This document shows, one piece after another, positions 41,000 to 49,831 of a stretch of DNA of 64,000 bases. The notes under the pieces are model-generated. The model searched no databases, had not been told where the DNA came from, and saw only the letters and a program-made list of their open reading frames with translations. Numbering within the stretch: the first letter of the stretch is position 1; each line of letters begins with the position of its first letter. The translations under genes were made by a program, and so were the position numbers. The stretch is from Candidatus Cloacimonadales bacterium. Its GTDB lineage: Bacteria > Cloacimonadota > Cloacimonadia > Cloacimonadales > JAIOQZ01. The stretch spans positions 1,408,001 to 1,472,000 of the forward strand of contig OY762463.1 in NCBI GenBank assembly GCA_963665815.1, written 5' to 3'.

Positions 41000-41017
41000 A
41001 CTTTTCCTTTTTTCTTG

Positions 41018-41045
41018 ATTTTAGTTATTTCGTTTTACTTGTCAA
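41018..41045 (-). promoter_or_regulatory. Sigma70-type promoter for the cargo gene
   Basis: TTGACA-16-TAAAAT; equivalent site in copy 3 is TTGACA-16-TATAAT. Confidence 0.6.
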
Positions 41046-41091
41046 ATTTTACAGTTTTGTTGTTAACTAATTCTTTGTACTATCTGCCTGC

Positions 41092-41115
41092 CTACGGAAA
41101 ATACCAGTGTTTCAT
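41092..41115 (-). CDS. Micro-ORF MKHWYFP
   Basis: GAGGAG-CACAGT-ATG AAA CAC TGG TAT TTT CCG TAG. Confidence 0.5.
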   Translation of the reverse strand: MKHWYFP

Positions 41116-41489
41116 ACTGTGCTCCTCACTTTTGGGTGTTATAAATCGCCTTTCTTGTTTTTAAAATTGAACTACCTTTTCGACTCTGCATACAATGTGC
41201 AAAACAGGTTTTTGTCGTCTTCTTTGTACAAAGAATATTCCCTTTCCCGACTTTATCGGGACTCAGGGAGCTTTTATATTGATATTTACCAATAAGTTAA
41301 GTTGATTGAGCCCCGAAGAATCGGAAAAATTTACTATACAATGATAAAGAAACATTATGCAGAAATTTCTTAATTAGAAGGGCATTTTAATAAGGTATCC
41401 GGTTTTGAAATTCACACACAAATGCTGTTAAGCTTTACCAATTCTAGATTATCGTGTATTTTCCACCCACACAACAAAATAACAATTTA

Positions 41490-41518
41490 ATTTTAAAGAG
41501 GTTTCAGGAATTTGTCAA
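41490..41518 (-). promoter_or_regulatory. Sigma70-type promoter at the head of the repeated element
   Basis: TTGACA-17-TAAAAT; TTGACA is kept in all three copies, the -10 is weaker in the other two. Confidence 0.5.
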
Positions 41519-41622
41519 TAAATAAGTTTGTGGATTATGGGACTTTTGTCAGAATTGTCAAAGTATGTTGTTATAAGTGGTAAATAAAAATCGTAAAAAG
41601 AATTTTGAAGATCCGAGAAGCT

Positions 41623-42522
41623 CTATGCTATCACCCTGTCTCCATCCGAAAGCCTGTAGAAGTACACTCCGGATGCAACAGATTTGTTATTCTCGTCCTC
41701 TCCGTTCCAGATAACTTTGTTTTCTCCTTCTTCTGCTTCCAGCTCAAAGGTCTTAACTTTTTGCCCCTTTATGTTGTATATACAGATTTCCGGATCAGAA
41801 ATATCTTTTGTGAGGCTGTATGATATGGACGTTGTTGGATTAAAAGGATTGGGGTAGTTGGAAAGTATGTGATTTCCTTTCAGCATTACTCTGAAATCAT
41901 TATCAATATCCATACATATAGTATCAAAAAAAGTATACTGATGACCACTTCCTCCTCTTTGAACTTTCGGAGAAAGCTCTACATCTGGTTGATTTGCCCC
42001 AAGATTATTGTGTTCATTGACAAAACTTGGACTAGATATATCATAATGGCTAATATCTTGATTCATTGCCCATACAGGAATCCCATAGTATTCGTAGCAA
42101 TATTCTACAATTCCATCACATCTTATATCTGTAACTTCGTCAGGTTGTATATAGTAGAAATTTGGGTTTGAATCATCGTAATTCAATGCATCTCCTGCAG
42201 TATAGGAGATATCAGTGAAATCCAAAAGGTCTTCAGCAAAAAGGCATATTGAAGCCCTATGAGAGATGTCCATATTTGAATTATTGCAGTGACATATGTA
42301 ATCTTGCCCATCTAAAAACCCACTCCAATCAACTATTTCTACTTCACAAAAATATCCCCCAATATGCACAATTTCTGTAAGCCCTACATAAATTCCAGCA
42401 TGATCCAAATTATTTAGAAAGCCACCTTCTCTATATACTGCATCAGCAATAGTTTCATTATCAGTTTGGCAATAAACAATAGTAAATTGTATCAGTATAA
42501 GTAATATCATCAATATTCTCAT
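41623..42522 (-). CDS. Secreted permuted papain-like (NlpC/P60 YaeF/YiiX-like) enzyme with a C-terminally clipped FlgD-Ig/sorting-like tail
   Basis: Signal peptide; DHAGIY (His) before RCDGIVEYCY (Cys); NYPNPFNP tail that ends at RVIA* without the KM-x-x-LK end seen in the other three tails. Confidence 0.7.
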   Translation of the reverse strand: MRILMILLILIQFTIVYCQTDNETIADAVYREGGFLNNLDHAGIYVGLTEIVHIGGYFCEVEIVDWSGFLDGQDYICHCNNSNMDISHRASICLFAEDLLDFTDISYTAGDALNYDDSNPNFYYIQPDEVTDIRCDGIVEYCYEYYGIPVWAMNQDISHYDISSPSFVNEHNNLGANQPDVELSPKVQRGGSGHQYTFFDTICMDIDNDFRVMLKGNHILSNYPNPFNPTTSISYSLTKDISDPEICIYNIKGQKVKTFELEAEEGENKVIWNGEDENNKSVASGVYFYRLSDGDRVIA

Positions 42523-43652
42523 TTCACACCTCTTACTTTGTAACCTCTGTGCTTAGTTAATATTTTCTTCATTGAAGCTAAGTATGATTCGTTTTCCTCT
42601 AAAAATCTCAGAACATTTTTCCCCATTTTCTGCAATTCTTCATTGTTTGTACTATTAATCAACTTTAATATTTTTTCTTTATCATAAGGGAGTTTACCCT
42701 TCATCAAAGCAATTAACCCTTGTATTTGATAATATTCATTACTTTTGCATTCAATCATAGCCTCAATTGTATTAATTGAGTTAAATAGATTGTATGGAAA
42801 GCTTTCTCTTGCCATTCTTGGAAACTTGTCTGCATTTTTAAAAGCTTTCTCATATACTCCTAAGCATGCAATAACAGCTTCAGGATGATTCATATCTACA
42901 AGCTTATGTCTGATTGCTGATAAAATTTTCTGATTTTCTGTGTTTTCACTTATCTCCATTAGTTTTCCAATGTACTTAATATCAAAATTTGGAACAAGAC
43001 ACATAATAGCAGATTGCAGAATTTTCTCATCATATTCATTTGGATTGTTTAATACAGGTGCAACATAATTTTCCAAATCAGGATGTTTTGCTCTTCTGAG
43101 TTTATGAAGTAAAGATGCTGATATTTTTTTTTTGTTATTAGATTTAAGCAAATTTATAATCTCTTCAAGATTATCATTAACATTACTGTCTAACTTAGAA
43201 ACAGCATATTTCCTTAGTCTCTTATCAACTTCAACATCTTTAGCAATACTTAGAATAATATCTTGATAATCTACATATAGCCGACTGTCTTTTTTTATGA
43301 ATTTCTTTGCTGTATCAATTAAAAATGCCCTGTATTTGGGTACATATGACTTATTCTTAAGAAGCTCAAGAATAAGTTCTTTATTCTTATCATCATCCAG
43401 CTTATCATTCAACTGAACCAATACCAGCATTACTCCTGATTCAAAATTCTTCTCATCATATAATACAAGCTCGTAGGCAAATTCAAATAGTTCCTCAGCA
43501 TTGAGAAAGCTCACGTATCCTTCATTATCCTTGTAATGATTAATGTGTTCCATCTTTTTGATTTTTTCCAGATCAAGGCTATATTCATTTTCTATAGAAT
43601 AAATGCCTGTTATTGCAAATGTTATAATCAACATTATCATAATTTTTTTCAT
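42519..43652 (-). CDS. Secreted helical (HEAT-like) hypothetical protein
   Basis: Signal peptide; repeated amphipathic helices (LRKYAVSKL, ILQSAIMCL); ATGA overlap with the next gene. Confidence 0.75.
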   Translation of the reverse strand: MKKIMIMLIITFAITGIYSIENEYSLDLEKIKKMEHINHYKDNEGYVSFLNAEELFEFAYELVLYDEKNFESGVMLVLVQLNDKLDDDKNKELILELLKNKSYVPKYRAFLIDTAKKFIKKDSRLYVDYQDIILSIAKDVEVDKRLRKYAVSKLDSNVNDNLEEIINLLKSNNKKKISASLLHKLRRAKHPDLENYVAPVLNNPNEYDEKILQSAIMCLVPNFDIKYIGKLMEISENTENQKILSAIRHKLVDMNHPEAVIACLGVYEKAFKNADKFPRMARESFPYNLFNSINTIEAMIECKSNEYYQIQGLIALMKGKLPYDKEKILKLINSTNNEELQKMGKNVLRFLEENESYLASMKKILTKHRGYKVRGVK

Positions 43653-43671
43653 TCTTTTTCCTTTTTTCTTA

Positions 43672-43699
43672 ATTATAGTTAATTCGTTTTGCTTGTCAA
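43672..43699 (-). promoter_or_regulatory. Consensus sigma70 promoter for the cargo gene
   Basis: TTGACA-16-TATAAT, 19 bp upstream of the ATG. Confidence 0.7.
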
Positions 43700-43745
43700 A
43701 TTTTACAGTTATGTTGTTAATAAATTCTTTGTTCTATCTGCCTGC

Positions 43746-43769
43746 TTATGGAAAATACCAGTGTTTCAT
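43746..43769 (-). CDS. Micro-ORF MKHWYFP
   Basis: GAGGAG-TACAGT-ATG AAA CAC TGG TAT TTT CCA TAA. Confidence 0.5.
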   Translation of the reverse strand: MKHWYFP

Positions 43770-44285
43770 ACTGTACTCCTCACTTTTATGGGGTTATAAA
43801 TTGCCTTTCTTGTTTTTGAAGTTGAGCTACCTTCATTTTCTTTAAGTGACTATAAAAAGATACTTTCTCATAAACTGACTAGTTGATGAAATTAGGAAAT
43901 TTCATCGAATCCGATTAGAATAAAGCAGTATCAATCTATTAGCAAATACATTAAATATCCCTTCATTTTCTTTGAATATCCAAAGTAAACGAAGCAAAAG
44001 AAATGACATCTTTATCAAAAAGTATTTACAGCAAGCTGTAACCGTAAATCTTCCCTAAAATCCTTCCAAGGCTTCAGGATTTCTTAACGGAAAAATTTAC
44101 TATACAATGATAAAGAAACATGATGCAGAAATTTCTTGATTAGAGGGCATTTTAATAAGGTATCCGGTTTTTGAAATTCACACACAAATGCTGTTAAGCG
44201 TTACCAATTCTACATTATCGGGTATTTTCCACCCACACATCAAAATAACAATGCAATTGTTAATAGGGTTTCAGGAATTTGTCAA

Positions 44286-44316
44286 TAAAAAAACGCCCAT
44301 CGCAATGACAGGCGTC
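44286..44316 (-). terminator. Intrinsic terminator of the transporter operon
   Basis: Minus strand GACGCCTGT-cattgcg-ATGGGCGTT followed by a T run. Confidence 0.7.
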
Positions 44317-44392
44317 TTTATAATGATTGGCAAAATCTTGGACCGTCGTCCAATGTTATATCGTTGGATTCCGGTTTTGCTTTAGATAAAAA

Positions 44393-46261
44393 TTATTTTC
44401 GTTTTTCTCGGGAACGCTTGGATAATAACAGGAAAGTTCTTAGCGACTCGGCATCTTTCAATGCCATCCATTTTTTCAGAAAATCCTGTCTCTGTACAAT
44501 CTGAGCAATGGCCATCAGTGATTTGAGATGGAAATCCCTCTGATCCATACTTCCGGCAAGAACAAAGACTGCATTAACAGGTGAATTACCTTCTGTCCAG
44601 TTGATCCCGGCTTTGTTCCTGACAACGGCAATCCCGAACTGCTCTGTTCCCTCAAGTATAATATGAGGTATTGCAATATGATCTGTAATATTTGTATTAG
44701 ACATCTTTTCCCGCTCACAAAAGTCCTTGTGCAGTTTTTCAACAGGCAAACTAAACTCTGTACTCAATTCTTCCGATATCAGTTCGAAGAACTCACTCAG
44801 TTCATTTGCTTCCGGTAGATCAATAATCTTTGCATGCTTCAGTAAGCCGTCAAACCTGTCTTCTATTATCTCATCCCTGTCTTTCAGTATATCCAGCAGT
44901 TCGGATTCGAGAGCTTCATAGTTTGATGTATTTACCAATGTCTTGTTCATTACCATTTTTACCAGCTTAACCAGAGCAGATTTATTTCTGTCTGTTTTAA
45001 CAGCATAAATCCTATACCAGAAATAACAGAAGAATATAAATCCCAAAGTAACAGTTAATGGCACAAATCCCATCTGGAAGATCAATATTGAATAGGTAAA
45101 GATTGCAAATATCTGAATCCATGGAAACATTGGAGACTTAAAAGTAGGTTTGTAATTACGTATCTTGGAGTAACGTACAACAATTACGGAAAAATTGACC
45201 ATAATAAACAGGAGTATCATGAATGTAGAAGCTACTTTTGCCAGAACTTCAACCTTAAGGAACAATATAACGATAACCATGAATGCACTGGTAAAGAATA
45301 TGGATATTGTCGGGGTTTTATGTTTTTTACTTACAAATCCGAACATCCCCGGCAACAGCTTGTCTCTGCTCATTGCCATGGGTACTCTTGAAGCCGCCAG
45401 AATACCTGCATTGGCAGTTGTCACGAATGCAAGAATTGCACCCACTGAAAGAACAATCTTTCCGGCTTTGCCAAGGAACATTCCTGCGGCATCTGAAATT
45501 GGTGTCAAAGTATTGGTAATCTGCTCGGGTTTAAGCACTCCGAAGGTAATCCCAACAACCAGTATATACAAAACACTGACAATGAGATAAGCCATCATCA
45601 TGGCTTTAGGTATTGACTTACCGGCATTTTTGCTTTCTTCGGCAATACTGGCTATTTTTGTCAGACCGCCATAAGAGATAAAGACTAAACCTGTTGCTTC
45701 CAGAATAGAGTTCATTGAACCTGATTTAATAGTACTGAATACGTGAAAATCTGTCACCCTATAGCCAAATATTACATAAACTCCCAGAATTGCCAGTAAA
45801 AACATAACCAGAATCACCTGAAATGAACCGGAACTCTTCACGCTGACCAGATTCACAATTGTGAAGAATATACAAGCTCCTGCTGCAATCAACTTTATGT
45901 GATTGTATGTAAGCTCGGGGAAAATAAGAGTCGCAAAAGCACCTATACCAATCAATGCAAACGAGCTTTTCAATGCTATGGAAAACCAGTTGGCAAATCC
46001 TGCCAGAATCCCTGCAGGTGTTCCCAGAATACGCTCTGCATAGAAGTAGGTACCTCCACTGCGTGTCATTGCTGTTGAAAGTTCAGCTTTTGAGTAGACA
46101 CTTGGCAACATCAGAACAGCAGCAAGAATATAAGAGATAATCGCTCCGGTTTTTGCTTCTGCGTAGGCAATGGCAGGAAGCACAAACAATCCTGAAGAAA
46201 TCATTGATCCTGCTGCAAAGCTGAATAAAGAGAAAACTCCGAGATTTTTGTGTAGTTTCAT
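44393..46261 (-). CDS. APC-family amino acid permease fused to a PTS EIIA-like domain
   Basis: GSMISSGLF, AELSTAM..SGGTY, VFISYGG, ASRVPMAMSRD; C-terminal REKMSNT...IAIPH. Confidence 0.88.
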   Translation of the reverse strand: MKLHKNLGVFSLFSFAAGSMISSGLFVLPAIAYAEAKTGAIISYILAAVLMLPSVYSKAELSTAMTRSGGTYFYAERILGTPAGILAGFANWFSIALKSSFALIGIGAFATLIFPELTYNHIKLIAAGACIFFTIVNLVSVKSSGSFQVILVMFLLAILGVYVIFGYRVTDFHVFSTIKSGSMNSILEATGLVFISYGGLTKIASIAEESKNAGKSIPKAMMMAYLIVSVLYILVVGITFGVLKPEQITNTLTPISDAAGMFLGKAGKIVLSVGAILAFVTTANAGILAASRVPMAMSRDKLLPGMFGFVSKKHKTPTISIFFTSAFMVIVILFLKVEVLAKVASTFMILLFIMVNFSVIVVRYSKIRNYKPTFKSPMFPWIQIFAIFTYSILIFQMGFVPLTVTLGFIFFCYFWYRIYAVKTDRNKSALVKLVKMVMNKTLVNTSNYEALESELLDILKDRDEIIEDRFDGLLKHAKIIDLPEANELSEFFELISEELSTEFSLPVEKLHKDFCEREKMSNTNITDHIAIPHIILEGTEQFGIAVVRNKAGINWTEGNSPVNAVFVLAGSMDQRDFHLKSLMAIAQIVQRQDFLKKWMALKDAESLRTFLLLSKRSREKRK

Positions 46262-47998
46262 TTAATCCTCGAAAAAGTGGTTAAGCTTATCAACTTCTTC
46301 ACGCTGAAGAATTTCGAATATCTCTTCAGGAGAATCCGCATGAACTATCATTTCTTTAATATGAGAATGGTGTCCAAAAATCTTCGCAATTGTCGCTAAT
46401 GCCTGAAGGTGTAATTTATACTGTGATTTTGGTGTAGCTATCAAAATAATTATGTTTACAGGTTTGTTATCAAGAGCTTCGAAATCAATTCCATCTTTAA
46501 TTGTTGCAATGACTCCTCGAATATTGGGACCTCCCTCAATAACAGCATGTGGAATAGCAATTCCATTCCCTATACCTGTAGATATTTCATTTTCTCTCTG
46601 TTTCACACTGCTTACCAGATCTTCCTGAGATATTTCCTGAATATTATGTGTCACATGCATAAAGTGAGATAACTCTTCCAGAGCACTCCATTTGTCTTTT
46701 GCCTGAAGATCAATCTTAATAAACTCTTCCTGAAGAAAATCCAGAAGCCTGAGACGATCTTTGTTAACCTCTCCGGATCGTTTTATTGCCTGTCCCGTAA
46801 AAATAGGACCAATTAATTCATAGATAACCACTGCACTTAATACGATAGCAGTCACCGAAGAAGAAATTCCTTTAAATGCAACCGAGTTTTCCACAAAAAG
46901 GGTCAAACCAATAGCCAGACCTGCAAGCGGATAAAGTGCAATACCAATATTCTGTGTGATTGTCTTGGTTGAATTTGCGAATACTGCGCCAAGTACAGGA
47001 GCAGTAGATTTACCGATAAATCTGGCAACAATCATCACGATTCCGGCAACACCGGAAATAAGCAAGGCATGAAAATCAAAGTGTGTTCCTGCAAGCACGA
47101 AGAAAAGTGCATAAATAGCGTCTTCCAGATCGTGGAATGCAGAGAAGAAATCTTCTTTATATTTAGAAAAGTTTGTAATAATCATACCAAGAATAAGACT
47201 TGATAATAACCCTGAGAATCTGAATGATTCTGATATACCAACTGTGATAATCAGAGCAAGCAGCACCATTGTAGGGAATGATGCATGTATCTTTTTCTTG
47301 CGCTCAGTGAAAAGGATAAGTGCAAGCCCAATACCGCCACCATCAAGTAAAGATTCAAACAGATATATAAACGGTTGAAGAATCATCTTCCCGACATTGA
47401 ACTCTGCATGCAGATTTCTCTGTAACAGGAAGTAGTACACTGAGTAAAACAGGAGAATGACGATAACATTGTTCAGAGCTACAACAGCAAGAAGAGTCTT
47501 TGTAAAAATACCTTTTGCCCTTTTTTCTTTAACAACATGCAAAATAGAACCCGGAGCTGTTGCGGATGCTATGATACTGACGAAAAGAGCTACTTCGGTG
47601 GATACACCAAGCACATAGTACAATCCTGTAAACACAAGTGGTATAACACATAAAATATCTATCAAAGTTATCCAGATAATTCTTTTACCTGAATTATGGA
47701 GCTTCCTGAAATCCAGGTGAGATCCAATAGACAAGCCAATAAGCCCAAGGACAAAATTGGTTATTGGAGTAAATCCTTCATAAGCTGATTCCGGAAATAT
47801 ATTCAGAACATAATGCCCGATAACAATTCCGCCAATAATTTTTCCTGTTACCGATGGTAATTTAATTTTTGCTGAGAGCTTAGTAAAGACAAAACCGGTC
47901 AATACGAGAATTGACAGAATCAATAATGTATTCCCATTTTCAAGTAATGCAGTTTCCCGGTGTACCCAGGCTGATAAGTGATTAATTACCGAGTTCAA
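46262..47998 (-). CDS. Cation:proton antiporter (CPA2-like) fused to a PTS EIIA-like domain
   Basis: KLPSVTG, ASATAP, FFVLAG, YELIGP; C-terminal RENEISTGIGNGIAIPHA. Confidence 0.88.
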   Translation of the reverse strand: MNSVINHLSAWVHRETALLENGNTLLILSILVLTGFVFTKLSAKIKLPSVTGKIIGGIVIGHYVLNIFPESAYEGFTPITNFVLGLIGLSIGSHLDFRKLHNSGKRIIWITLIDILCVIPLVFTGLYYVLGVSTEVALFVSIIASATAPGSILHVVKEKRAKGIFTKTLLAVVALNNVIVILLFYSVYYFLLQRNLHAEFNVGKMILQPFIYLFESLLDGGGIGLALILFTERKKKIHASFPTMVLLALIITVGISESFRFSGLLSSLILGMIITNFSKYKEDFFSAFHDLEDAIYALFFVLAGTHFDFHALLISGVAGIVMIVARFIGKSTAPVLGAVFANSTKTITQNIGIALYPLAGLAIGLTLFVENSVAFKGISSSVTAIVLSAVVIYELIGPIFTGQAIKRSGEVNKDRLRLLDFLQEEFIKIDLQAKDKWSALEELSHFMHVTHNIQEISQEDLVSSVKQRENEISTGIGNGIAIPHAVIEGGPNIRGVIATIKDGIDFEALDNKPVNIIILIATPKSQYKLHLQALATIAKIFGHHSHIKEMIVHADSPEEIFEILQREEVDKLNHFFED

Positions 47999-49317
47999 TC
48001 AATCTCCTCTATTAATTCTCCCTTTAAAGTCCATCCGGTCGCTTCTGTGATTTTTACTTTCACAAACTTGCCTATCAGACTCTTGTCTGCTTTAAACACT
48101 GTAATCTTGAAATCTCGACTTTTTCCTGCCAGTTCTTCAGGATTCTTTTTACTTACCTGTTCGACATAAATTTCTTTTATCTTTCCGATTTGCTCTTTAT
48201 ATTTCTTGTTCGTTATTTCATTCTGCATGTCTATCAGACGGGAAAGCCTCTCAAGTCTGACTTTTTCATCAACCTGATCTTCATATTCTGCTGCAGCTGT
48301 TCCTTCTCTCGGTGAATACTTAAACATGAATGCAAAGTCAAACTCAATTTCCTTCATCATATTATATGTATCCATGAACTGTTCTTCTGTTTCACCCGGG
48401 AAACCGACTATAACATCAGTTGTTATGCTTATATCAGGCATGGCAGCTTTTAACTTCTTGATCAATCCCATGTAATGCTCGCTGGTATAACCTCTGTTCA
48501 TCCTTGTGAGTATATCTGTGTTACCAGACTGCATTGGCAGATGAATATGTTCACATACTTTATCAAGTTTCGCCATGTACTTAACAAGACTGTCAGACAG
48601 ATCTTTTGGGTGAGAAGTAACAAAGCGAACTCTCTTTATGGTCTCCAGAGAATCTACCTGTTCCAACAGTTGAGGGAAATCAAGTTCTTTCCAATTATAT
48701 GAGTTAACATTCTGTCCCAGCAGAGTAACATCTTTGAAACCATCATTTCCTGCTTCTTCCACTTCTTTAAGAATCTCGTCCAATGGACGGCTTCGTTCTC
48801 TGCCCCTTACGTGTGGAACAATGCAATATGTACAAAAGTTGTCACAACCACGCATAATGGTTACAAAAGCATTCAGATCACCCTGTCTTACAGGCATCAT
48901 ATTGTGATACACTTCTGAATTGTTTACGTCTGTAGCAACATTAACCCCGTAGAAATCAAGCAGATTTATAATTCGAGGAAGGTGCTTATACTGATCAACT
49001 CCCACTACGAAATCTATTTTCTTGTTAATCTTTTTCAGTTCTCCACTAAGACGCTGTGCAACACACCCGATTACACCTATTTTCAGTCCAGGTTTCTTTG
49101 CCTTGCGTGAAATCTCATTTGATATTCTTCCTATTACCCTGTCTTCAGCATGCTGTCTTACGGAACAAGTATTAAATATTATTATATCAGCATCATCAAG
49201 TGATTCAGCCTGTTCATATCCTGCCTGCTTCAGAATTCCGCTTACAAGTTCGGAATCTGCAACATTCATCTGACATCCGTATGTTTCTATATAGTATCGA
49301 ATTTTATTCATATCCAT
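47995..49317 (-). CDS. miaB: tRNA-2-methylthio-N6-dimethylallyladenosine synthase
   Basis: TYGCQMN..DSE, NTCSVR, GCDNFCTYCIVP..RGRERSR, FVTSHPKD, TRAM tail. Confidence 0.96.
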   Translation of the reverse strand: MDMNKIRYYIETYGCQMNVADSELVSGILKQAGYEQAESLDDADIIIFNTCSVRQHAEDRVIGRISNEISRKAKKPGLKIGVIGCVAQRLSGELKKINKKIDFVVGVDQYKHLPRIINLLDFYGVNVATDVNNSEVYHNMMPVRQGDLNAFVTIMRGCDNFCTYCIVPHVRGRERSRPLDEILKEVEEAGNDGFKDVTLLGQNVNSYNWKELDFPQLLEQVDSLETIKRVRFVTSHPKDLSDSLVKYMAKLDKVCEHIHLPMQSGNTDILTRMNRGYTSEHYMGLIKKLKAAMPDISITTDVIVGFPGETEEQFMDTYNMMKEIEFDFAFMFKYSPREGTAAAEYEDQVDEKVRLERLSRLIDMQNEITNKKYKEQIGKIKEIYVEQVSKKNPEELAGKSRDFKITVFKADKSLIGKFVKVKITEATGWTLKGELIEEID

Positions 49318-49357
49318 CTCTTATTAATTTAGTCTAATCTCTGTTAATCTACAAAAT

Positions 49358-49831
49358 TTATTTTTTCAGTAGAAGACATACTGCCGTTGCAGTAATTCCT
49401 TCTTCGGATCCTGAGATCCCCATTTTTTCCTCAGTAGTTGCTTTAACCGATACATTACTGACATCAGTTTCAAGATCAGCAGCAATGTTTTCTCTCATTG
49501 AATCAATAAACGGTCTCATCTTTGGTCTCTGTGCACAAATCGTAGAATCAATATTTCCTATTTTATATCCTTTCTCATTAACAATCCGATTCGCTTCTCT
49601 CAGTAAAATTCTGCTGTCAATATCCTTGAAGTCAGCATCAGAATCCGGAAAAAAAGAACCAATATCTCCCAATGCAAGAGCTCCAAACAGCGCATCAACA
49701 ATTGCATGAATCAAAACATCTGCATCAGAATGCCCTTTTAGACCTTTTTCAAAAGGAATCTGAACACCTCCGAGAATTAGAGCACGTCCCTCAACTAATT
49801 GATGTACATCGTATCCATATCCTATTCGCAT
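49358..49831 (-). CDS. ispF: 2-C-methyl-D-erythritol 2,4-cyclodiphosphate synthase
   Basis: [32 protein letters not shown]. Confidence 0.97.
   Translation of the reverse strand: MRIGYGYDVHQLVEGRALILGGVQIPFEKGLKGHSDADVLIHAIVDALFGALALGDIGSFFPDSDADFKDIDSRILLREANRIVNEKGYKIGNIDSTICAQRPKMRPFIDSMRENIAADLETDVSNVSVKATTEEKMGISGSEEGITATAVCLLLKK

Larger units (their letters stand above)
41003..41589 (-). repeat. Long intergenic element, copy 2
   Basis: Conserved blocks around a copy-specific REP-like insert (about 41180-41325). Confidence 0.9.
43655..44288 (-). repeat. Long intergenic element, copy 3
   Basis: Conserved blocks; the middle carries the MITE-like element at 43962-44106. Confidence 0.9.

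Noticed and set aside
30368-44288. CRISPR array
   Set aside because: The repeats are long or palindromic and separated by genes. There is no series of ~30-bp repeats with unique spacers and no cas genes.
39011-44385. Short + strand ORFs in the repeated elements (39011, 41107, 43603, 44188)
   Set aside because: Their starts, lengths and frames are not conserved between copies and they lack an RBS, unlike the MKHWYFP micro-ORF.
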